32,000 nucleotides of DNA from Synechococcus sp. A15-28 (GTDB lineage Bacteria; Cyanobacteriota; Cyanobacteriia; PCC-6307; Cyanobiaceae), in NCBI RefSeq assembly GCF_014280175.1, contig NZ_CP047931.1, positions 450,001-482,000 of the forward strand, given 5' to 3'. A model generated the notes under the pieces. It saw only the letters and a list, made by a program, of their open reading frames with translations. It was not told the DNA's origin and made no database searches. Shown one piece after another: positions 8,516-19,228 of the stretch; position 1 is the stretch's first letter; each line of letters starts with the position of its first letter. The translations under genes were made by a program, and so were the position numbers.

Positions 8516-9669
8516 GCCACCTGCAGCAGGATCCAGAACAGAAAGATCACCAGCTTCATCAGGCCTTCGATGCCGGTGAGGCGGGCGTGGGGATAGCTGA
8601 GGATCAAGGTGAGGGCCAGCAGCACCATCTCGAAGGGTTCCAGCCCCAGGATCACGTCCGTGTTGGTGATCACCCCCAGCACCAGCACCGCCGGCACCGT
8701 GAGGCTCACCGTGGCCACCACGGAGCCGTAGAGGGTGTTGATCGAGCGCTGCACTTCCCCCTGGGAGGCGGCCTGTACGGCATTGAGTGCCTCTGGCGCC
8801 AGGATCAGGATCGCCACCAGCACACCGGCCAGGGAACTGGGCAGTCCCAGATCGGTGATGCCGGTTTCAATCAGCTGGCCCATCGATTCGGCGATCAGGC
8901 ACACCACCAGCAGACCCACCACGAGAAGCGTGGCTGCCTTCCACAACGTCAGACCCTGCTCATCGGCCTCCTGGTCCCCATCGTCGTGGATCACGAGGCT
9001 TTCGCGCTCGGTGTAAAGGTTGCTGTAGCGCCCCATCTGGGCCGTGAGGAACACGGCGTAGACCCCCAGGGCCACCACCGACAACACCACATTCACCGGT
9101 GTGCTGAAGTTCGCTTCGGTGGTGGTGCGGCTGAAATTGGGAATCACCAGGGCCAGCACGCACATCGTGCTGATCAGATCGAAATAGGTGAGGGCGCCCA
9201 GCAGGTTGGGACCCACCATCAAGCTGGTGTCGACTTTGCCGTTGTCGCAGAGGGCCCCGCGGCGGACGGCGGCCACCACGTTGCAAAGACCCGTGACTCC
9301 GGTGAGGGCGATCATCACCACGGAGAACATGGAATCCCGGGCCAGGGTCGGGTTGCTTTCGCCGGTGAGCATCGTGCTGGCGACCAACGCCAGTTCGATG
9401 GTCATCACAGCCGCCGTCAGCACCAGAGTTCCGTAAGGCTGTCCGATCAGTTCGGCCACCCGATCGGCCTGATTCGCCACGCTGCGGGACAGCAGCAGCA
9501 CCACGCTGCTGAGCATGATCAGCCCGCTGATCACGATCGCCGTGGGTTGCAGGATCAACCAGCCCATGACGTCGCTGAACTCGATCGAGGCCAGGGCGGC
9601 AAGGCCCACCAGGATCGGCAGCAGCAGCGAGATCAAGCCCCCGGTGCGTTGCGCGGCTGCATCGGTCAT
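8512..9669 (-). CDS. cation/proton antiporter, ChaA-like (CaCA superfamily)
   Basis: The 385-aa product is polytopic and hydrophobic, with two internally similar halves (..TIELALV.. and ..LAPEALNAV..). The ATG at 9667-9669 forms an ATGA overlap with the upstream HAD gene stop. Confidence 0.7.
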   Translation of the reverse strand: MTDAAAQRTGGLISLLLPILVGLAALASIEFSDVMGWLILQPTAIVISGLIMLSSVVLLLSRSVANQADRVAELIGQPYGTLVLTAAVMTIELALVASTMLTGESNPTLARDSMFSVVMIALTGVTGLCNVVAAVRRGALCDNGKVDTSLMVGPNLLGALTYFDLISTMCVLALVIPNFSRTTTEANFSTPVNVVLSVVALGVYAVFLTAQMGRYSNLYTERESLVIHDDGDQEADEQGLTLWKAATLLVVGLLVVCLIAESMGQLIETGITDLGLPSSLAGVLVAILILAPEALNAVQAASQGEVQRSINTLYGSVVATVSLTVPAVLVLGVITNTDVILGLEPFEMVLLALTLILSYPHARLTGIEGLMKLVIFLFWILLQVA

Positions 9670-10415
9670 GGCGTTGGTTCGTCCAGAAGCATCGGGAGCA
9701 TGTCCCAGGTTGCTCCCACAATGCGATCAGCCCCGGCGTCCTGCAGCTGCCGGTGATACGCCGATACATCGGTGATGTGCGGCGGGGCCACGGCAAAGCT
9801 GCGCCAGGGGAGCTCCGGTCGCCGCTCGCGGGCCTTGAGCACCGTGTGCACGTCGGCCACCGTGTCGCCGATGTAGGCGATCCAGCGGGGAACCTCGCCC
9901 GCACTCAATTGTTCAGCCAAGCGAATCAGGCCGGTGGGATCCGGCTTGTCCGGTGCATCGCCCATGGCGATCAGGGGGGGATCCTTCAGGCCAAGCCGTT
10001 GCTGCAGCACGTAGCGGGCGGAGGGGGGTTCGGCCCCGCTCACAAAGCCCCAACGAATCTGGTGCCGGGTGAGCTGCTCGAAGAAGGCTCGGTCTACCAG
10101 CAGCGGTTCGTCGCCGATGAAGCCTTGCCACTCAGCGGCATCGCCCTCGGGATCACCGCCGAAGTAGAAGCCGCTGAACACGTCGATCAGGGCATTCCGG
10201 CTTGGAACGTCGGTTCCATGGCGACGAAGCAGTTCCAGGCTGGCGTCCCAGTCGTTGTTCCAGGTGCCTTCAGCTTTGAGGGCATCGATGTCCGTCGCCG
10301 ATGGGCGCCAGCCGCTGTAGTGCTCCACCGTGACCTGAAGGGCGCGTCGGTAGCTGCCGGCCACATCACGGATGACACCGTCGATGTCGAACAGCAGGAT
10401 CGCGGGAGAACTCAG
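9666..10415 (-). CDS. HAD-superfamily hydrolase; start codon uncertain (see finding)
   Basis: The HAD nucleophile motif LLFDIDGVIRDV is encoded in frame upstream of the first canonical start, GTG at 10364. The later motifs GDAPDKPDP and YIGDTVADV are downstream. The 5' end given here is the in-frame CTG at 10413-10415. Confidence 0.75.
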   Translation of the reverse strand: MSSPAILLFDIDGVIRDVAGSYRRALQVTVEHYSGWRPSATDIDALKAEGTWNNDWDASLELLRRHGTDVPSRNALIDVFSGFYFGGDPEGDAAEWQGFIGDEPLLVDRAFFEQLTRHQIRWGFVSGAEPPSARYVLQQRLGLKDPPLIAMGDAPDKPDPTGLIRLAEQLSAGEVPRWIAYIGDTVADVHTVLKARERRPELPWRSFAVAPPHITDVSAYHRQLQDAGADRIVGATWDMLPMLLDEPTP

Positions 10416-10453
10416 GGGTTTGGTTTTGAGCGGCTGGTAGGTTAGTCGTTTGA

Positions 10454-11017
<564 letters not shown>

Positions 11018-11048
11018 TTCAAACGGTTTGTTTTTGAGTGATGAAGAA

Positions 11049-11073
11049 CCCCGCCGCAAGGTGGGGCTTTTTT
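11049..11073 (+). terminator. intrinsic terminator downstream of the PSRP-3 gene
   Basis: Stem CCCCGCC (11049-11055) / GGTGGGG (11060-11066) with loop GCAA, then C and TTTTTT (11068-11073). Confidence 0.8.
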
Positions 11074-11080
11074 ATCTCAT

Positions 11081-11104
11081 AAAAAAGCCGGGACTCATCC
11101 CGGC
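11081..11104 (-). terminator. intrinsic terminator downstream of atpC
   Basis: On the minus strand the sequence reads GCCGGGA-TGAG-TCCCGGC followed by TTTTTT (plus-strand AAAAAA at 11081-11086). It lies 30 nt past the atpC stop. Confidence 0.8.
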
Positions 11105-11133
11105 TGATTGATCAGATTGTTTGGCGGATGTGC

Positions 11134-11544
11134 TCAATCTGCAGACTTGCTGGCCTGCATGCGAGCGCGCGCTTCATTCAGCTGTTGCTGAGCTTTGACC
11201 TTTTCAGGGGAAGCCGGCTGACCTTCCATGCCATCCACCACGGTGGACGCTTTCTGGAAGTCGGCTTCAGCTGCACTGCCGTCGATGGTGCTGCCCAGTT
11301 CGGCTTTGTTCACCAACACGGTGACTTCATCAGCATCCACTTCCGCAAAGCCTCCCATGAGCGCGATGGAGTTCCAGCCGCCGTTGGAGCGAACACGGAG
11401 AACCCCAACGTCAATGGCGGTGAGGAGGGAAATATGGCCAGGCAGGATGCCGAGCTGACCGGTGGTGCTGGGCAGGATCACCTCATCGGCGCTGCCATCA
11501 AAGACGTTCTGGTCAGGTGCCAGCACGCGGAGGGTGAGGGACAT
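11134..11544 (-). CDS. atpC: F0F1 ATP synthase subunit epsilon
   Basis: The translation MSLTLRVLAPDQNVFDGSADEVILPSTTGQLGILPGHISLLTAI... is typical of the epsilon subunit. The gene lies directly downstream of atpD. Confidence 0.93.
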   Translation of the reverse strand: MSLTLRVLAPDQNVFDGSADEVILPSTTGQLGILPGHISLLTAIDVGVLRVRSNGGWNSIALMGGFAEVDADEVTVLVNKAELGSTIDGSAAEADFQKASTVVDGMEGQPASPEKVKAQQQLNEARARMQASKSAD

Positions 11545-11590
11545 GAACCTTGGTTCGGAGGGAGAAAGGGACGTCGGACAACAAGTGAAT

Positions 11591-11611
11591 GGGGGTGTGC
11601 ATCACACCCCC
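11591..11611 (-). promoter_or_regulatory. intercistronic perfect hairpin between atpD and atpC
   Basis: GGGGGTGTG (11591-11599), CAT, CACACCCCC (11603-11611): a 9-bp perfect GC-rich stem with a 3-nt loop. It sits in the 74-nt gap between the atpD stop and the atpC start. Confidence 0.6.
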
Positions 11612-11618
11612 ATCAGGA

Positions 11619-13142
<1,524 letters not shown>

Positions 13143-13224
13143 TTACCACTGCTGAGCCTGCACTCCTCCGGTTCGGTCAACCGCACAGGTCGGCGCTGGT
13201 GAGAGGGGTGCTCGCTTGCATACG

Positions 13225-13251
13225 TTGGCAGTCATCGACTCCGAGTGCCAG
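13225..13251 (+). promoter_or_regulatory. CIRCE-like inverted repeat (candidate HrcA operator) in the groES leader
   Basis: The sequence is TTGGCAGTC-N9-GAGTGCCAG. The canonical element is TTAGCACTC-N9-GAGTGCTAA, so each arm matches 7 of 9 positions. It ends 51 nt upstream of the groES ATG. Confidence 0.5.
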
Positions 13252-13301
13252 CTCGCGTCGAATCGGCGTTTCGGCGCCCTGTCCTTGCTTCTGCATTACC
13301 C

Positions 13302-13613
13302 ATGGCAGCTGTTTCTCTCAGCGTCTCCACCGTCAAGCCCCTGGGCGACCGCGTTTTCGTCAAAGTCTCCGAATCCGAGGAGAAGACTGCGGGCGGCATC
13401 CTTCTGCCCGATACCGCCAAGGAAAAGCCCCAGGTGGGTGAAGTGGTCCAGATCGGCCCCGGCAAGCGCAACGACGACGGCAGCCGTCAGGCTCCCGAAG
13501 TCGGCGTCGGCGACAAGGTGCTCTACAGCAAGTACGCCGGCACCGACGTCAAGCTGGGTAGCGACGAGTACGTCCTGCTCACCGAAAAGGACATCCTGGC
13601 CATCGTCAACTGA
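13302..13613 (+). CDS. groES: co-chaperonin GroES
   Basis: [49 protein letters not shown]... ATG at 13302. The track ORF starts 19 codons earlier. Confidence 0.95.
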   Translation: MAAVSLSVSTVKPLGDRVFVKVSESEEKTAGGILLPDTAKEKPQVGEVVQIGPGKRNDDGSRQAPEVGVGDKVLYSKYAGTDVKLGSDEYVLLTEKDILAIVN

Positions 13614-13658
13614 GACGGGACCCGGACCTCAGCGTTTTTGAACACCTCCATTTATTAG

Positions 13659-15305
<1,647 letters not shown>

Positions 15306-15365
15306 AGCAATCAGAGAGGCTCTAGGGGCTACCCAACCCTTTGCCTTTGGTCTTCAAAAACATTT

Positions 15366-15389
15366 GGGATGCTCCGGCATCCCTTTTTT
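15366..15389 (+). terminator. intrinsic terminator of groESL
   Basis: GGGATGC (15366-15372), TCCG loop, GCATCCC (15377-15383), then TTTTTT (15384-15389). Confidence 0.85.
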
Positions 15390-15402
15390 ATTGCCTGCTC
15401 TT

Positions 15403-15411
15403 GGGGGGGGG
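15403..15411. repeat. G9 homopolymer at the left island junction
   Basis: Nine consecutive G residues, read directly from the sequence. They are immediately followed by the short hairpin GATGC-GTGAAAA-GCATC. Confidence 0.9.
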
Positions 15412-15531
15412 ATGCGTGAAAAGCATCTAAATAATGCGAAGCAGACTAAATTATGCTGCTGATATTACAATCTACCACCCTTGAAAATCTTCTACGTCTC
15501 AACACGCATGAAGTTGCAATCGCAGTGATCC

Positions 15532-15568
15532 TATTTCACCCCAAAGCAAATTGCTTTAGGGTGAAATA
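15532..15568. repeat. 37-nt near-perfect palindrome in the island's non-coding part
   Basis: TATTTCACCCCAAAGCAA-A-TTGCTTTAGGGTGAAATA. Seventeen of 18 arm positions pair. A T-rich run follows on the plus strand. Confidence 0.85.
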
Positions 15569-16009
15569 TGTTGTTTGATTTATGTGGTATTCATATATAG
15601 TAATGATATGGCTTCAACTGCGTCACCTATTCGCGTTTTTTAGTGGCTTGTATGCATTTTGAGGTTAGCTCTACGATTATTGCGATGCCGTGGTTTTGGT
15701 GTATCGCTATTGCTCCACTGAAGCAACAACAAATTTTTTCGAGATGACGTCCCTAAGTTTATATAAGCTCATGTACTACAAAAGGTCATTAGGATCGTTG
15801 GCTTTGTAACTATTGGTTGTTTAGCGCGACACGTATGCAAACGAATTCTTTAAATTACAATTACCATAGCATCTTTTGGCGATTGAGAAAAATTAATTGT
15901 TACTTTTACTTCCCTTCGAAACTGGTACGTAAATAATTGAATCTATTGCAGCCCGGAACTAATGATGCTTGCAAGAGTTCATAATGATTTCCTTGGACGC
16001 ATTTGCTAA

Positions 16010-16795
16010 TTAAGTAACATCTTTCACGACAATGCAGGAGTGCTTGATAAAGCTTATCATTGCTATTGATTGCAGATAGTCTTCTTCACTTTGCAACAAA
16101 CTTTTCAACGATTTGACGTCTGCAATAGTCAAACCAAGATTTTCCAAAAAGTTTTCGTCACTCGGATGTTCCCGGCGATCACCTGTTAGACGGCTTGCAA
16201 GGTATTGAAAAAAGCTGAAGGCGTCTAGTTTTTCTTTTCGTGCAAGTCCATGCCCTTGTCGAAATGAACCAAATGATGTATGAATGTCCTCAATGATATA
16301 GATACCGCCTTTATTTACTGTTTTAAATAATCTTTCGAAGCACTTGATTTGATGGTCCCAGTGATGAGAGGCGTCATCGATCACGATGTCATATGAATGG
16401 TCTTGAAGGGTATATAAAAATTTCTCATTGCCTAGGTCTCCGACAAAAGTTTTTACGTTTGGTATTAAATCCAGTTGTGTTGCAGATGATTTTATGTCGG
16501 CAATAAAAATCTCTGAGTTGTCTCCAAAATATCTTGACCATATTTTTGCAGATGCGCCAATGTTCCATTCCGGTCCTGCTCCAAGCTCGAGCAATGAGAT
16601 GTCCTTTTTCCCACGAAATTGCTTGAAAAAAATTTCATATTTCCTGAGATAATCATGCCCTTCCCCGCGAGATGAAAATCGTATATCTTTGCTTTGACTC
16701 CGATCTTTTGATGCTTTGTCACAGTTGTGCTCTAGGCCAAGTTGATCAAGTTCACTTTGGGAAGTTGGTATAATTAACAACTGCCAAGTGCTCAA
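16010..16795 (-). CDS. class I SAM-dependent methyltransferase (sugar/glycan O-methyltransferase-like)
   Basis: Motifs seen: SELDQLGLEHNCDK at the N-terminus, motif I LLELGAG, then IVIDDASHHWDHQ and GGIYIIEDIHTS. The only available starts are TTG codons (16795 or 16780). There is no in-frame ATG before the conserved domain. Confidence 0.75.
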   Translation of the reverse strand: MSTWQLLIIPTSQSELDQLGLEHNCDKASKDRSQSKDIRFSSRGEGHDYLRKYEIFFKQFRGKKDISLLELGAGPEWNIGASAKIWSRYFGDNSEIFIADIKSSATQLDLIPNVKTFVGDLGNEKFLYTLQDHSYDIVIDDASHHWDHQIKCFERLFKTVNKGGIYIIEDIHTSFGSFRQGHGLARKEKLDAFSFFQYLASRLTGDRREHPSDENFLENLGLTIADVKSLKSLLQSEEDYLQSIAMISFIKHSCIVVKDVT

Positions 16796-16879
16796 ATTAC
16801 AGTGCTCAATTTTATGTGAAAAAGTAGTGCACCTGGATGCCGGCCATGATATTGTATTAAAGCATCACATAATCAGTAT

Positions 16880-18349
16880 TTGAATCCTCGTAACGCCGGG
16901 GCGTTGGATGTATGCAGTCGTGATTTAATTGCGGGTTGGTTTTCTGTCGAGACTGGCACAGTGAGTCTCTCAATTGAAGGAATCTTATTTTCTCTTCAGG
17001 CTTCAATAAATCGACCTGATGTAGCTGCACATGGATTTCCCCTAAAGTCTGGCTTTCGTCTTAAAAGACAAAAGCACACAAAAATCTTTCGGTGGCTCGA
17101 CCATTGCTTGCAGAATCATCATGCAAGTATTCAATTAAGATGTTCTGCTAATAGTCCGTTGTGTTTGGCTGAGCGTCAGGTAACTCATAAATCTGACATT
17201 TATCGGAGAGTAAAAACAACAAAATTTGGTGATGAATTGTTTCATTTGTTGGAAGGATCTAAAGTATTAAATTACGACGGTCAAGCGCAGCAGGACGACC
17301 CCTATACAGCCCTACATCTTGGTTTAAGTGAAAAATTAACGGCTTCATGCTGTATTGACGCCTATGTCACCTCCACTTATGGAGTATTTGATCGTCTTGG
17401 CTATCCCTTTCAGGCTGGATTTCTTTGGCGCGGTTGTCGGAATGATGGAATTGAGGATTATCCCTTTGGTAAACCAAGAAAAGTACTAGTTTTCAAGCAA
17501 AGAAGAGTTCGCGCATTTGATCGAGGACTATACATAAGTGCTCTTATACTTAATCACTTTGGACACACATTGACGGAAGGGCTGTCGAGCTTATATCCGC
17601 TATTGTTGTGGAAAAATCAAGGCTTCGACCTTTCAAAAATAACAATTGTCATACCATTTGCATTTAGAAATGAAATTCGCAAATTGGCTGAGTTGTTAGC
17701 AATCCCTGAGGAGTCTTTTGTTTTCCCTGAAGATGAAAGCCAGTTTCTTTATTTTAAAGCTTTGTATATCCCTGACCCGACGATGGTTAATCGACGTTTT
17801 GTATCGCCTATGCATAGCAGTATTGTTAATGCTTATTTCACTTTGTTGAATGCTAATGAAGACTCCAGACCTGTTGGAATTCGAAGTTTTACGGGATCTA
17901 CTAAAGTTTATATTTCGCGGTCCGCTTTGGTTTCACCAAGTAGTCGAAATTACTCTGAGGAAAAGCAGCTAGAGCAACTACTGCAAGCTCGTGGATGGGC
18001 TATTTTTCATCCTCAGGATTATTCTCTTAAGGAACAGTTGGCTGTTTATCGAGGTTCTCAATTTCTTTGTGGTATTGACGGTAGTGCATTTCATGCACTA
18101 TTTGGCTTGAAGAGGATTACCGCAAAAATAATATTACTTACAGAGTCTGAATTTTTGGATAAAGTTTCACCATCATGGAATTATATTTTGCAATTTAACT
18201 CGCAGGGTGTTGACTGGCTGTCGCTGTGCTGCTTTGTCCGTAAAGGACTAAGTCTTCTACTTGATCAAAGCTCATATCAATCGAATCTAATTCTTGCTGA
18301 ACGAATAGATGAGCTCGCAGAGTTTAATTGTGCTGAGCCCAAGAATTGA
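16880..18349 (+). CDS. glycosyltransferase family 61 / DUF563-like protein with an N-terminal GW...RPDV module
   Basis: GT61/DUF563-like motifs are present: FGHTLTEGLSSLYPLL, KVYISRS, and SLKEQLAVYRGSQFLCGIDGSAFHALFG. The N-terminal LIAGWFS...INRPDVAAHGF module is common in glycan-modifying enzymes. TTG start at 16880, with no in-frame ATG before residue ~300. Confidence 0.7.
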   Translation: MNPRNAGALDVCSRDLIAGWFSVETGTVSLSIEGILFSLQASINRPDVAAHGFPLKSGFRLKRQKHTKIFRWLDHCLQNHHASIQLRCSANSPLCLAERQVTHKSDIYRRVKTTKFGDELFHLLEGSKVLNYDGQAQQDDPYTALHLGLSEKLTASCCIDAYVTSTYGVFDRLGYPFQAGFLWRGCRNDGIEDYPFGKPRKVLVFKQRRVRAFDRGLYISALILNHFGHTLTEGLSSLYPLLLWKNQGFDLSKITIVIPFAFRNEIRKLAELLAIPEESFVFPEDESQFLYFKALYIPDPTMVNRRFVSPMHSSIVNAYFTLLNANEDSRPVGIRSFTGSTKVYISRSALVSPSSRNYSEEKQLEQLLQARGWAIFHPQDYSLKEQLAVYRGSQFLCGIDGSAFHALFGLKRITAKIILLTESEFLDKVSPSWNYILQFNSQGVDWLSLCCFVRKGLSLLLDQSSYQSNLILAERIDELAEFNCAEPKN

Positions 18350-19185
18350 ATCATCTCATAATCTTTTGCGAAAAATTCATTGAATTTGGCTCGAAGTTTT
18401 GGCATTCTTTTGATGAATTCTTTGGCAGCCGTTGATGTAGGTAGCTCTTTTCTCTGGATGAGTGAATATGAGTTGATTTTTGCAAGTCTAGGATTATCTG
18501 ATTTAACCCAGCCTGAATCGGGCAATGTTGTGACGTTGATTTTTGGAGGCATGTAGCTGAGATCTAGATGTGAATTCACGAGTTTAAGATCGTCTTGAAA
18601 GTTTTCAATTCGAAGCTGAAGTAATTGAACATTTAACTCTTTAGCGCTTAATATTGTGTGTAATGACTTGGTGTCGGTTATTTGCGGTCTGAAATGTGAA
18701 TTAAGTGCCTGGGGATTGTCTTTATTGGAGGAGATATACCGCAAAAAATTCCTAAATGATAATCCAAAATGACCTTCGCTATTGATGAACGTTTCCTTCT
18801 TATTTCCGCTCTTTGCCTTTCTGATTTCGTGCGTCTTCTCTTCGATGATCTTTTCTAGAAATTGTCTTGAAAAACCTTCGAGGCTGTTGTATTTGTCAAT
18901 GGCCTTTCCTGTGTAGACCACAAATTTATTTATATAGCTACTCAGCATCCGGCTAACTGGGTCTCGTGTTGTCACGATGAGCGTCTTTACACTGCCGGCC
19001 TCAATGAGTCCAGGAAGTTGGGATAGATGAAAGTTGTAGCCTTCGCGCTGTAGAAAGAGCCTTTTGTCGCCTGGAATATTTTTGCGATCCAAAGCATTGG
19101 TGCACCAGTGGCCTAATGATGTGCATGCGCACTTCTCGCTCCAGGTAATTGCTGCTCTCTTGCCCGGAATGAAGTAAAAATTCAT
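18277..19185 (-). CDS. sulfotransferase (Sulfotransfer_2-like)
   Basis: Motifs seen: FIPGKRAAITWSEKCACTSL in the N-terminal PAPS 5'-phosphosulfate-binding-like region, TTRDPVSRMLSSY (RDPxxRxxSxY 3'-phosphate-binding motif), and NSHFRPQ (HxxPQ). ATG at 19183-19185. Confidence 0.7.
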   Translation of the reverse strand: MNFYFIPGKRAAITWSEKCACTSLGHWCTNALDRKNIPGDKRLFLQREGYNFHLSQLPGLIEAGSVKTLIVTTRDPVSRMLSSYINKFVVYTGKAIDKYNSLEGFSRQFLEKIIEEKTHEIRKAKSGNKKETFINSEGHFGLSFRNFLRYISSNKDNPQALNSHFRPQITDTKSLHTILSAKELNVQLLQLRIENFQDDLKLVNSHLDLSYMPPKINVTTLPDSGWVKSDNPRLAKINSYSLIQRKELPTSTAAKEFIKRMPKLRAKFNEFFAKDYEMIQFLGSAQLNSASSSIRSARIRFD

Positions 19186-19228
19186 GAATTAAATCAGCGT
19201 TTTGTGTGGTCGTTCGGGTCTCCAGGTC

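Larger units (their letters stand above)
15390..19200. other. low-GC genomic island (putative horizontally acquired glycan-tailoring cassette; no mobility genes seen)
   Basis: Hand counts of 60-nt lines starting at 16021, 17221 and 18601 give 38%, 30% and 32% GC. Flanking lines at 1 and 14401 give 63% and 60%. The block begins right after the groEL terminator and ends about 30 nt before the secG stop. Confidence 0.85.

Noticed and set aside
15652-15747. 31-codon hydrophobic ORF (MHFEVSSTIIAMPWFWCIAIAPLKQQQIFSR) in the island's non-coding stretch
   Set aside because: The only support is an ATG and an open frame in AT-rich DNA. I cannot recognise an RBS, conservation or a family. It is kept only as a note under the non-coding-region finding.
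15390-19200. Mobile-element hallmarks for the island: integrase, transposase, inverted terminal repeats, target-site duplication, tRNA attachment
   Set aside because: I looked at both junctions and all frames. There is no recombinase-like ORF and no matching repeats between the left (15390-15430) and right (19186-19230) borders. I therefore call it a compositional island, not a defined mobile element.
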